From the human T2T-CHM13v2.0 reference genome, Homo sapiens: a stretch of 64,000 nucleotides of DNA. Each line of letters starts with the position of its first letter. Position 1 is the first letter of the stretch. The position numbers and the translations under genes are program-made. The stretch lies in NCBI RefSeq assembly GCF_009914755.1, contig NC_060933.1, one strand, 5' to 3'. The notes beneath the pieces are model-generated. The model was given only the letters and a program-made list of their open reading frames with translations, ran no database searches and was not told the DNA's origin. This document shows, piece after piece, positions 15,254 through 26,785 of this stretch.

Positions 15254-15281
15254 CCATTGCATTCCATTCCGTGTGCAATGG
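15254..15281. other. Strand-inversion breakpoint inside the satellite, spanned by an 8-bp inverted repeat
   Basis: ccattgca (15254-15261), a 12-nt loop ttccattccgtg, then tgcaatgg (15274-15281). The cc at 15269-15270 fits both the left ATTCC unit and the right motif (gaac)CCGTGTGCAAT. Confidence 0.93.
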
Positions 15282-15379
15282 CATGGAATGGAATGGAATG
15301 GAATGGAATGGAATGGAAAGGAATGGAATGAAATGGAATGGAAGGGAATGGATTGAAATGGAATGGAATGGAATGGAAT

Positions 15380-15389
15380 CAACCCGAGT
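15380..15389 (+). repeat. Example of the SatIII CAACCCGAGT decamer (very many copies and variants window-wide)
   Basis: caacccgagt read directly. The reverse complement actcgggttg occurs throughout 1-15270. Confidence 0.9.
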
Positions 15390-15439
15390 GCAATGTAATG
15401 GAACTGAATGGAATGGAATGGAATGCAATGGAATGAATT

Positions 15440-18240
15440 CAACACGAATGGAATGGAAAGGAATGGAATAAACCCGAGTGGAATGGCATGGAATGGAGTG
15501 GAATGGAATGGAATGGAATACTACGGAAGAGAATGGAATGGAACGAAATGGAATGGAATGGAATGGAATGGAATGGAATGGAATGGAATGAACACGTGAG
15601 CAATTGAACGGAATCGAATGGAATAGAATGGAATGGAATGGATTCAACTCGAATGGAATGGAAAGGAATGGAATCAACCCGAGTGGAATGGCATGGAAAG
15701 GAATGGAATGGAATGGAACGGAATGGAATGGAATCAACTCGATTGCAAAGGAATGTAATGGAATGGAATGGAACGGAATTAACGCAAATAGAATGGAATG
15801 GAAAGGAATGGAACGGAATGGAATGTAAAGGAATGGAATGGAATCAATCTGAGTGCAGGGGAATGCAATGGAATGGAATGCAATGGAATGGAATGGAATG
15901 GAATGCAATGGAATCACCTCGATTGCAATGGGATGGAATGGAATGGAATGGAATGGAAGGGAATGGAATGGAATGGAATTAACCTGAACAGAATGGAATG
16001 GAATGGAATGGAATGGAATGGAATGGAATGCAATGGAATGGAATCAATCAACCCGAGTGCAATAGAATGCAGTGGAATGGAATGGAATGGAATGGAATGG
16101 AATGGAATGGAATGGAATGAAATGGAATGGCAGGGAATGGAATGGAATCAACCCGAGTGCAAAGGAATGGAATGGAATGGAATGGAATGGAATGGAATGG
16201 AATGGATTCAACCCGAATGGAATGGAAAGGAATGGAATAAACCTGAGTGGAATCGCATGGAATGGAATGGAATGGAATGGAATGGAATGGTACGGAATAG
16301 AATGGAATGGAAAGAAATGGAATGGAATGGAATGGAATGGAATGGAATCAACCTGAGTGCAATGGAATGGAGTGGAATGGAATGTAATGGAATGGAAACA
16401 ACCCGAATGGAATGGAATGTAATGGAGTGTAAGGGAATTGAATACAATCAATCCGAATGTAATGGCATGGAATGGAACGGAATGGAATGGAATGGAATGC
16501 AGTGGAATGGAATCAAACCTAGTGCAATGGAATGGAATGGAATGGAATGGAATGAAATGGAATGGAATGGAATGGAATGGAATGGAATGGATTGGATTCA
16601 ACCCAAATGGAATGGAAAGCAATGGAATCAACCCGAGTGGAATGGCATGGAATGGAATGGAATGGAATGGAATGGAATGGAATGGTACAGAATAGAATGG
16701 AATGGAATGAAATGGAATGGAATGGAATGGAATGGAACGGAATGGAATGGAATCAACTCGATTGCAATGGAATGTAATGGAATGGAATGGAATGGAATTA
16801 ACGCGAATAGAATGGAATGGAATGTAATGGAACGGAATGGAATGGAATGGGATGGAATGGAATCAATCAGTGCAGGGGAATGGAATGGAATGGAATGCAA
16901 TGGAATGGAATGGAATGGAATGGAATGCAATGGAATCAACTAGATTGCAATGGGATGGAATGGAATGGAATGGAATGGAAGGGAATGGAATGGAATGGAA
17001 TTAACCTGAACAGAATGGAATGGAATGGAATGGAACGGAATGGAAGGGAATGGAATGGAATGGAATTAAGCTGAAGAGAATGGAATGGAATGGAATGGAA
17101 CGGAATGGAATGGAATGGAATGGAATGGAATGCAATGGAATGGGATCAACCCGAGTGCAGGGGAATGGAATGGAATGGAATACAATGGAAGGGAATCAAT
17201 CAACCCGAGTGCAATAGAATGCAGTGGAATGGAATGGAATGGAACGGAACGTACCCGAATGGAAAGGAATGTAATGGAGTGTAAGGGAATTAAAAAGAAT
17301 CAATCCGAATGTAATGGAATGGAAGGGAACGGAATGGAATGGAATGGAATGGAATGGAATGGAATGAAATGGAATGGCATGGAATGGAATGGAATCAACC
17401 TGAGTTCAATGGAATGGAATGGAATGGAATGGAATGGAATGGATTCAACCCGAATGGAATGGAAAGGAATGGAATAAACCCGAGTGAAATGGCATGGAAG
17501 GGAATGGAATGGAATGGAATGGTAAGGAATAGAATGGAATGGAACGAAATGGAATGGAATGGAATGGAATCGAATGTAATGGAATGAACCCGTGTGCAAT
17601 GGAATGGAATGGAATGGAATGGAATGGAATGGGTTCAACTAGAATGGAATGGAAAGGAATGGAATCAACCCGAGTGGAATGGCATGGAATGGAATGGAAA
17701 GGAATGGAATGGAATGGAATGGAATGGAATGAATTCAACCCGAATGGAATGGAAAGGAATGGAATAAACCCGAGTGGAATGGCATGGAATGGATTGGAAT
17801 GGAATGGAATGGAATACTACGGAAGAGAACGGAATGGAACGAAATGGAATGGAATGGAATGGAATGGAATGGAATGAACACGTGAGCAATGGAATGGAAT
17901 CGAATGGAATGGAATGGAATGGAATGGATTCAACTCGAATGGAATGGAAAGGAATGGAATCAACCCGAGTGGAATGGCATGGAATGGAATGGAATGGAAT
18001 GGAATGGAACGGAATGGAATGGAATCAACTCGATTGCAAAGGAATGTAATGGAATGGAATGGAACGGAATTAACGCAAATAGAATGGAATGGAAGGGAAT
18101 GGAACGGAATGGAATGGAAAGGAATGGAATGGAATCAATCTGAGTGCAGGGGAATGGAATGGAATGGAATGCAATGGAATGGAATGGAATGGAATGCAAT
18201 GGAATCACCTCGATTGCAATGGGATGGAATGGAATGGAAT
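15440..18240 (+). repeat. Direct repeat, ~15440-15950 matching ~17730-18240 (offset ~2.29 kb)
   Basis: Markers seen on + only in these two places: aatactacggaagag (~15517/17813), aacacgtgagcaat (~15591/17877), gattgcaaagg (~15741/18032), taacgcaaatag (~15780/18071), aatcacctcgattgc (~15912/18203). Confidence 0.85.
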
Positions 18241-21200
18241 GGAATGGAATGGAATGGAATGGAATGAACCCGTGTGCAATGGAATGGAATCGAATGGAAT
18301 GGAATGGAATGCAAAGGATACAACTCGAATGGAATTGAAAGGAATGAAATCAACCCGAGTGGAATGGCATGGACTGGAATGGAATGGAATGGCATGGAAT
18401 GGAATGGAATTGAATGGTACGGAATAGAATCGAATGGAACGAAATTGAATGGCATGGAATGGAATGGAATGGAATGGAAACAACCCGAGTGCATGGTAAT
18501 GGAATGGAATGGAAGGAAATGGAATGGAATCATCCGGAATGGAATGGAATGGAATGGAATGGAATGGAATGGAATGGAATGGAATCAACTCGATTGCAAT
18601 GGAATGGAATGGAATGGAATGGAATGGAATGGAATTAACCCGGATAGAATCGAATGGAATGGAATGGAATGGAATGGAATGGAATGGAATGGAAGGGAAT
18701 GGAATGTAATGGAATGGAATGGAATTAACCCGAATAGAATGGAATGGAACGGAAAGGAAGGGAATGGAATGGAATGTAATCAACTCCAGTGCAGGGGAAT
18801 ACAATGGAATGGAATGAAATGGAATGGAGTCATACGGAATGGAAGGGAATGGAATGGAATCAACCAGAGTGCAATGGAATGGAGTGGAATGGAATGGAAT
18901 AGAATGGAAACAACACGAATGGAATAGAATGTAATGGAGTGTAAGGGAATTGCATATAATCAATCCGAATGTAATGGAATGGAACGGAAAGGAATGGAAT
19001 GGAATGGAATGGAATGGAATGGAATGGAATGGAATGAAATGGAATGGCATGGAATGGAATGGAATCAACCCGAGTTCAATGGAATTGAATGGAATGGAAT
19101 GGAATGGAATGGAATGGAATCAACTAGATTGCAATGGAATGGAATGGAATGGGATGGAATGGAATGGAATGGAATGGAATGGAATCAACCCGAGTGTAGG
19201 GGAATGGAGTGGAATGGAAGGCAATGGAATGGAATCATCCGGAATTGAATGGAATGGAATGGAATGGAATGGAATCAACTCGATTGAAATGGAATGGAAT
19301 GGAATGGAGTGGATGGGAATGGAATGGAATGTAATGAACCCGAGTGCAGGGGAATGGAATGGAATGGAATGCAATGGAATGGAGTCATCCTGAATGGAAC
19401 GGAATGGAATGGAATGGAATCAACCCGTGTGCAATATAATGGAATCGAAAGGAATGGAATGGAATGGAATGGATTCAACCCAAATGGAATGAAAAGGAAT
19501 GGAATAAACCCGAGTGGAATGGCATGGAATGGAGTGGAATGGAATGGAATGGAATGGTACAGAATAGAATGGAATGGAACGAAATGGAATGGAATGGAAT
19601 GGAATGGAATGGAATGGAATGGAACGGAATGCAATGGAATGGAATGGAATGGAATGGAATGGAATGAACCCGTGTGCAATGGAATGGAATGGAATGGAAT
19701 GGGTTCAACACTAATGGAATGCAAAGGAATGGAATCAACACGAGTGGAATGGCATGGAATGGAATGGAATGGAATGGAATGGAATGGAATGGAATGGAAT
19801 GGAATGGAATGAAATGGAATGGAATGGAATGGAATCAACCTGAGTGCAGTGTAATGGAATCGAATGGAATGGAATGGAATGGAATGGATTCAACACGAAT
19901 GGAATGGAAAGGAATGGAATAAACCCGCGTGGAATGGCATGGAATGGAGTGGAATGGAATGGAATGGAATGGAATGGAATCAACCCGAGTGCAATGTAAT
20001 GGAATCGAATGGAATGGAATGGAATGGAATGGATTCAACCCGAATGGAATGGAAAGGAATGGACTAAACCCGAGTGGAATGGCATGGAGTGGAGTGGAAT
20101 GGAATGGAATGGAATGGAATGGAATGGTACGGAATAGAATGGAATGGAAAGACATGGAATGGAATGGAATGGAATGGAATGGAATGGAATGGAATGGAAT
20201 GAACCCGTGTGCAATGGAATGGAATCGAATGGAATGGAATGGATTGGAATGGATTCAACTCGAATGGAATGGAAAGGAATGGAATCAACCCGAGTGGAAT
20301 GGCATGGAATGGAATGGAATGGAATGGAATGGAAAGGAATGGAATGGAATGGTACGGAATAGAATGGAAAGGAACGAAATGGAATGGAATGAAATGGAAT
20401 GGAATGGAATGGAATGGAATGGAATGGAATGGAATGGAATGGAATCAACCCGAGTGCAGGGGAATGGAATGGAATTGAAGGCAATGGAATGGAATCATCC
20501 GGAATTGAATGGAATGGAATGGAATCAACTCGATTGCAATGGAATGGAATGGAATGGAATGGAATGGAATGGAATGGAATGGAATGGAATGGAATGGAAT
20601 TAACCCGAATAGAATGGAATGGAATGGAATGGAAGTAAATGGAATGGAAGGTAATGAACCCGAGTGCAGGGGAATGGAATGGAATGGAATGCAATGGAAT
20701 GGAGTCATCCGGAATGGAACGGAAAGGAATGGAATGGAACCAACCCGTGTGCAATGGAATTGAAAGGAATGGAATGGAATGGAATGGAATGGAATGGAAT
20801 GGATTCAACCCGAATGGAATGGAAAGGAAGGGAATCAACCCAAGTGGAATGGCATGGAATGGAATGGATAGGAATGGAATGGAATGGAATGGTACCGAAT
20901 GGGATAGAATGGAATGGTACCGAATAGAATGGAATGGAACGAAATGGAATGGAATGGAATGGAATGGAATGGAATGGAATGAACCCGTGTGCAATGGATT
21001 GGAATGGAATGGAATGGAATGGAATGGAATGGAATGGGTTCGACTCGAATGGAACGGAATGGAATGAAATCAAACCGAGTGGAATGGCATGGAATGGAAT
21101 GGAATGGAATGGAATGGAATGGAATGGAATGGAAACAACACGAGTGCAATGTAATGGAATCGAATGGAATGGAATGCAATGGATTCAACCCGAATGGAAT

Positions 21201-21919
21201 GGAAACGAATGGAATAAAACCGAGTGGAATGGCATGGAATGGAGTCTAATGGAATGGAATGGAATCGAATGGTATGGAATAGAATGGAATGGAACGAAAT
21301 GGAATGGAATGGAATGGAATGAAATGAACCCGTGTGCAATGGAATGGAATGGAATGGAATGGAATGGAATGGATTCAACTCGAATGGAATGGAAAGGAAT
21401 GGAATCAACCCGAGTGGAATGGCATGGAATGGAATGGAATGGAATGGAATGGAATGGAATGGAAAGGAATGGAATAGAATGAAATGGAATGGAATGGAAT
21501 GGAATGGAAACAACACGAGTGCAATGTAATGGAATCGAGTGGAATGGAATTGAATGGATAGGAATGGATTCAATCCGAATGGAATGGAAAGGAATGGAAT
21601 AAACCCGAGAGGAATAGCATGGAATGGAGTGGAATGGAATGGAATGGAATGGAATGGTATGGAATAGAATGGAATGGAACTAAATGGAATGGAATGGAAT
21701 GGAATGGAATAGAATGAACCCGTGTGCAATGGAATGGAATGGAATGGAATGGAATGGAATGGAATGGATTCAACTCGAATGGAATGGAAAGGAATGGAAT
21801 CAACCCGAGTGGAATAGCATGGATTGGAATGGAAAGGAATGGAATGGAATGGTACGGAATAGAGTGGAATGGAACGAAATGGAATGGAATGGAATGGAAT
21901 GGAATGGAATGGAATGGAA

Positions 21920-24900
21920 TCAACCCGAGTGTAGGGGAATGGAGTGGAATGGAAGGCAATGGAATGGAATCATCCGGAATTGAATGGAATGGAATGGAAT
22001 GGAATGGAATCAACTCGATTGAAATGGAATGGAATGGAATGGAGTGGATGGGAATGGAATGGAATGTAATGAACCCGAGTGCAGGGGAATGGAATGGAAT
22101 GGAATGCAATGGAATGGAGTCATCCTGAATGGAACGGAATGGAATGGAATGGAATCAACCCGTGTGCAATATAATGGAATCGAAAGGAATGGAATGGAAT
22201 GGAATGGATTCAACCCAAATGGAATGAAAAGGAATGGAATAAACCCGAGTGGAATGGCATGGAATGGAGTGGAATGGAATGGAATGGAATGGTACAGAAT
22301 AGAATGGAATGGAACGAAATGGAATGGAATGGAATGGAATGGAATGGAATGGAATGGAATGGAATGCAATGGAATGGAATGGAATGGAATGGAATGGAAT
22401 GAACCCGTGTGCAATGGAATGGAATGGAATGGAATGGGTTCAACACTAATGGAATGCAAAGGAATGGAATCAACACGAGTGGAATGGCATGGAATGGAAT
22501 GGAATGGAATGGAATGGAATGGAATGGAATGGAATGGAATGAAATGGAATGGAATGGAATGGAATCAACCTGAGTGCAGTGTAATGGAATCGAATGGAAT
22601 GGAATGGAATGGAATGGATTCAACACGAATGGAATGGAAAGGAATGGAATAAACCCGCGTGGAATGGCATGGAATGGAGTGGAATGGAATGGAATGGAAT
22701 GGAATGGAATCAACCCGAGTGCAATGTAATGGAATCGAATGGAATGGAATGGAATGGAATGGATTCAACCCGAATGGAATGGAAAGGAATGGACTAAACC
22801 CGAGTGGAATGGCATGGAGTGGAGTGGAATGGAATGGAATGGAATGGAATGGAATGGTACGGAATAGAATGGAATGGAACGACATGGAATGGAATGGAAT
22901 GGAATGGAATGGAATGGAATGGAATGGAATGAACCCGTGTGCAATGGAATGGAATCGAATGGAATGGAATGGATTGGAATGGATTCAACTCGAATGGAAT
23001 GGAAAGGAATGGAATCAACCCGAGTGGAATGGCATGGAATGGAATGGAATGGAATGGAATGGAAAGGAATGGAATGGAATGGTACGGAATAGAATGGAAA
23101 GGAACGAAATGGAATGGAATGAAATGGAATGGAATGGAATGGAATGGAATGGAATGGAATGGAATCAACCCGAGTGCAGGGGAATGGAATGGAATTGAAG
23201 GCAATGGAATGGAATCATCCGGAATTGAATGGAATGGAATGGAATCAACTCGATTGCAATGGAATGGAATGGAATGGAATGGAATGGAATGGAATGGAAT
23301 GGAATGGAATGGAATGGAATTAACCCGAATAGAATGGAATGGAATGGAATGGAAGTAAATGGAATGGAAGGTAATGAACCCGAGTGCAGGGGAATGGAAT
23401 GGAATGGAATGCAATGGAATGGAGTCATCCGGAATGGAACGGAAAGGAATGGAATGGAACCAACCCGTGTGCAATGGAATTGAAAGGAATGGAATGGAAT
23501 GGAATGGAATGGAATGGAATGGATTCAACCCGAATGGAATGGAAAGGAAGGGAATCAACCCAAGTGGAATGGCATGGAATGGAATGGATAGGAATGGAAT
23601 GGAATGGAATGGTACCGAATGGGATAGAATGGAATGGTACCGAATAGAATGGAATGGAACGAAATGGAATGGAATGGAATGGAATGGAATGGAATGAACC
23701 CGTGTGCAATGGATTGGAATGGAATGGAATGGAATGGAATGGAATGGAATGGGTTCGACTCGAATGGAACGGAATGGAATGAAATCAAACCGAGTGGAAT
23801 GGCATGGAATGGAATGGAATGGAATGGAATGGAATGGAATGGAATGGAATGGAAACAACACGAGTGCAATGTAATGGAATCGAATGGAATGGAATGCAAT
23901 GGATTCAACCCGAATGGAATGGAAACGAATGGAATAAAACCGAGTGGAATGGCATGGAATGGAGTCTAATGGAATGGAATGGAATCGAATGGTATGGAAT
24001 AGAATGGAATGGAACGAAATGGAATGGAATGGAATGGAATGAAATGAACCCGTGTGCAATGGAATGGAATGGAATGGAATGGAATGGAATGGATTCAACT
24101 CGAATGGAATGGAAAGGAATGGAATGAACCCGAGTGGAATGGCATGGAATGGAATGGAATGGAATGGAATTAACCCTAATAGAATGGAATGGAATGGAAT
24201 GGAATTGAATGGAATGGAATGGAATGGAAGGAAATGGAATGGAATGGAATGGAATGGAATGGAATGGAATGGTACGGAATAGAATGGAATGGAACGAAAT
24301 GGAATGGAATGGAATGGAATGGAATGGAATGGAATGGAATGGAATGGAATGGAATCAACCCGAGTGCAGGGGAATGGAATGGAATGGAAGGCAATGGAAT
24401 GACATCATTCGGAATTGAATGGAATGGAATGGAATGGAATGGAATCAACTCGATTGAAATGGAATGGAATGGAATGGAATGGAATGGAATGGAATGGAAT
24501 GGAAGTGAATGGAATGGAATGTAATGAAACCGAGTGCAGGGGAATGGAATGGAATGGAATGCAATGGAATGGAGTCATCCGGAATGGAACGGAATGGAAT
24601 GGAATGGAATCAACCCGAGTGCAATGGAATGGAATGGAATGGAAAGGAATGGAATGGAATGGACTCAACCCGAATGGAATGGAAAGGAATGGAATCAACC
24701 CGAGAGGAATGGCATGGAATGGAATGGAATGGAATGGAGTGGAATGGTACAGAATAGAATGTAATGGAACGAAATGGAATGGAATGGAATGGAATGGAAT
24801 GGAATCATTCCGAGTGGAATAGAAGGGAATGTTTTCGAGTGGAATGAAAAGGAATGGAATCAACCAGAGTGGAATGGAATGGAATCGAGTGGAATGGAAT

Positions 24901-26785
24901 GCAATCGAATGGAATGGAAAGGAATAGAATGGAATCAACCCGAGTGGAATGGAATGGAAAGGACTGGAATGGAATGGAATGGAATGCAATGGAATCAACT
25001 CGATTGCAATGAAATGGAATGGAATGGAATGGAATGGAATGGAATGGAATGGAATTAACCGGAATAGAATGGAATTGAATGGAATGGAAAGGAATGGAAT
25101 GGAATAGAATGGAATGGAATGGATTCAACTCGAATGGAATGGAAAGGAATGGAATCAACCCGAGTGGAATGGCATGGAACGGAATGGAATGGAATGGAAT
25201 GGAATGGAATTAACCCTAATAGAATGGAATGGAACGAAATGGAATGGAATGGAATGGAATGGAATGGAACGGAAAGGAATGGAATGGATTCAACTCGAAT
25301 GGAATGGAAAGGAATGAAATCAACCCGAGTGGAATAGCATGGATTGGAATGGAAAGGAATGGAATGGAATGGTACGGAATAGAGTGGAATGGAACGAAAT
25401 GGAATGGAATGGAATGGAATGGAATGGAATGGAATGGAATGGAATCAACCCGAGTGCAGGGGAATGGAGTGGAATGGAAGGCAATGGGATGGAATCATCC
25501 GGAATGGAATGGAATGGAATGGAATGGAATGGAATGGAATGGAATCAACCTGAGTGCAGGGGAATGGAATGCAATGGAATGCAATGGAATGGAATGCAAT
25601 GGAAACAACTCGATTGCAATGGAATGGAATGGAATGGAATGGAATGGAATGGAATGGAATGGAATGGAATTAACCTGAACAGAATGGAATGGAATGGAAT
25701 GGAATGGAACGGAATGGAATGGAATGGAATGGAATGGAATCAACCCGAGTGCAGGGGAATGGAATGGAAGGAAATGCAATGGAATGGATTCATCCGGAAT
25801 GGAATGGAATGGAATGGAATGCAATGGAATGGAATCAATCAACCCGAGTGCAATGCAATGGAGTGGAATGGAATGGAATGGAACGGAAACTACCCGAATG
25901 GAATGGAATCTAATGGAGTGTAAGGGAATTGAAAAGAATCAATCCGAATGTAATGGAATGGAATGGAACGGAATGAAATGGAATGGCATGGAATGGAATG
26001 GAATTAACCCGAGTTCAATGGAATGGAATTGAACGGAATGGAATGGAAAGGAATGGATTCAACCCGAATGGAATGGAAAGGAATGGAATGGAATGGAATG
26101 GAATGGTACGGAATAGAATGGAATGGAACGAAATGGAATGGAATGGAATGGAATGGAATGGAATGGAATGGAATGAACCCGTGTGCAATGGATTGGAATG
26201 GAATGGAATGGAATGGAATGGAATGGAATGGAATGGAATGGTTTCAACTCGAATGGAATGGAAAGGAGTGGAATCAACCCGAGTGGAATGGCATGGAACG
26301 GAATGGAATGGAATGGAATGGAATGGAAAGGAATGGAATAGAATGAAATGGAATGGAATGGAATGGAATGGAAACAACACGAGTGCAATGTAATGGAATC
26401 GAGTGGAATGGAATTGAATGGATAGGAATGGATTCAATCCGAATGGAATGGAAAGGAATGGAATAAACCCGAGAGGAATAGCATGGAATGGAGTGGAATG
26501 GAATGGAATGGAAAGGAATGGTATGGAATAGAATGGAATGGAACTAAATGGAATGGAATGGAATGGAATGGAATGGAATAGAATGAACCCGTGTGCAATG
26601 GAATGGAATGGAATGGAATGGAATGGAATGGAATGGAATGGATTCAACTCGAATGGAATGGAAAGGAATGGAATCAACCCGAGTGGAATAGCATGGATTG
26701 GAATGGAAAGGAATGGAATGGAATGGTACGGAATAGAGTGGAATGGAACGAAATGGAATGGAATGGAATGGAATGGAATGGAATC
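21920..26785 (+). repeat. One full ~4.87 kb higher-order repeat unit of the right-hand array
   Basis: Marker gagtggatggg recurs at ~19307, 22042, 26906, 29506, 34200, 39080, 45831, 48810, 55507 and 60381. Spacings of 4864, 4694, ~4880 and ~4874 dominate, with shorter (2735, 2600, ~2980) and longer (~6700-6750) variants. Confidence 0.82.

Larger units (their letters stand above)
1..15270 (-). repeat. HSat3 block with the C-rich strand (CATTC) on +, so the G-rich strand runs leftward
   Basis: The + strand reads (CATTC)n with ACTCGGGTTG interruptions up to ...tttccattgcattccattcc at 15270. Confidence 0.97.
14150..17600. repeat. Asymmetric long inverted repeat flanking the breakpoint (left arm ~14150-15260, right arm ~16395-17600, spacer ~1.13 kb)
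   Basis: Rare markers occur in mirrored order: gattgattgtattcaattcccttacac (~15197) vs gtgtaagggaattgaatacaatcaatc (~16427); gcactaggtttg (~15124) vs caaacctagtgc (~16514); attcgcgtta (~14871) vs taacgcgaat (~16799); gcaatctagttg (~14729) vs caactagattgc (~16937); gattctttttaattcc (~14451) vs ggaattaaaaagaatc (~17286). Confidence 0.85.

Noticed and set aside
15262-15295. Possible heat-shock element created by TTC and GAA units meeting at the junction
   Set aside because: The last TTC starts at 15267 and the first GAA at 15286. That is 19 bp apart, out of the 5-bp nGAAn register needed for an HSE.
15200-15340. Junction as a sequencing fold-back chimera
   Set aside because: The mirrored arms are offset by ~1.1 kb and carry multiple substitutions and indels, unlike a same-molecule fold-back. 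A misassembly still needs read-level exclusion.
14808-15917. ORF spanning the junction, switching from IPFHS to MEWNG repeats
   Set aside because: It only reflects the strand inversion. There is no evidence of expression.
18952-18970. TATAAT/TATA-like and DUX4-like motifs (gcatataatcaatcc; also gcaatataatgg at ~19431 and tttatattt at ~10853)
   Set aside because: These are point variants of satellite motifs. They do not fully match a TATA box or the DUX4 consensus TAAYBBAATCA, and there is no promoter context.
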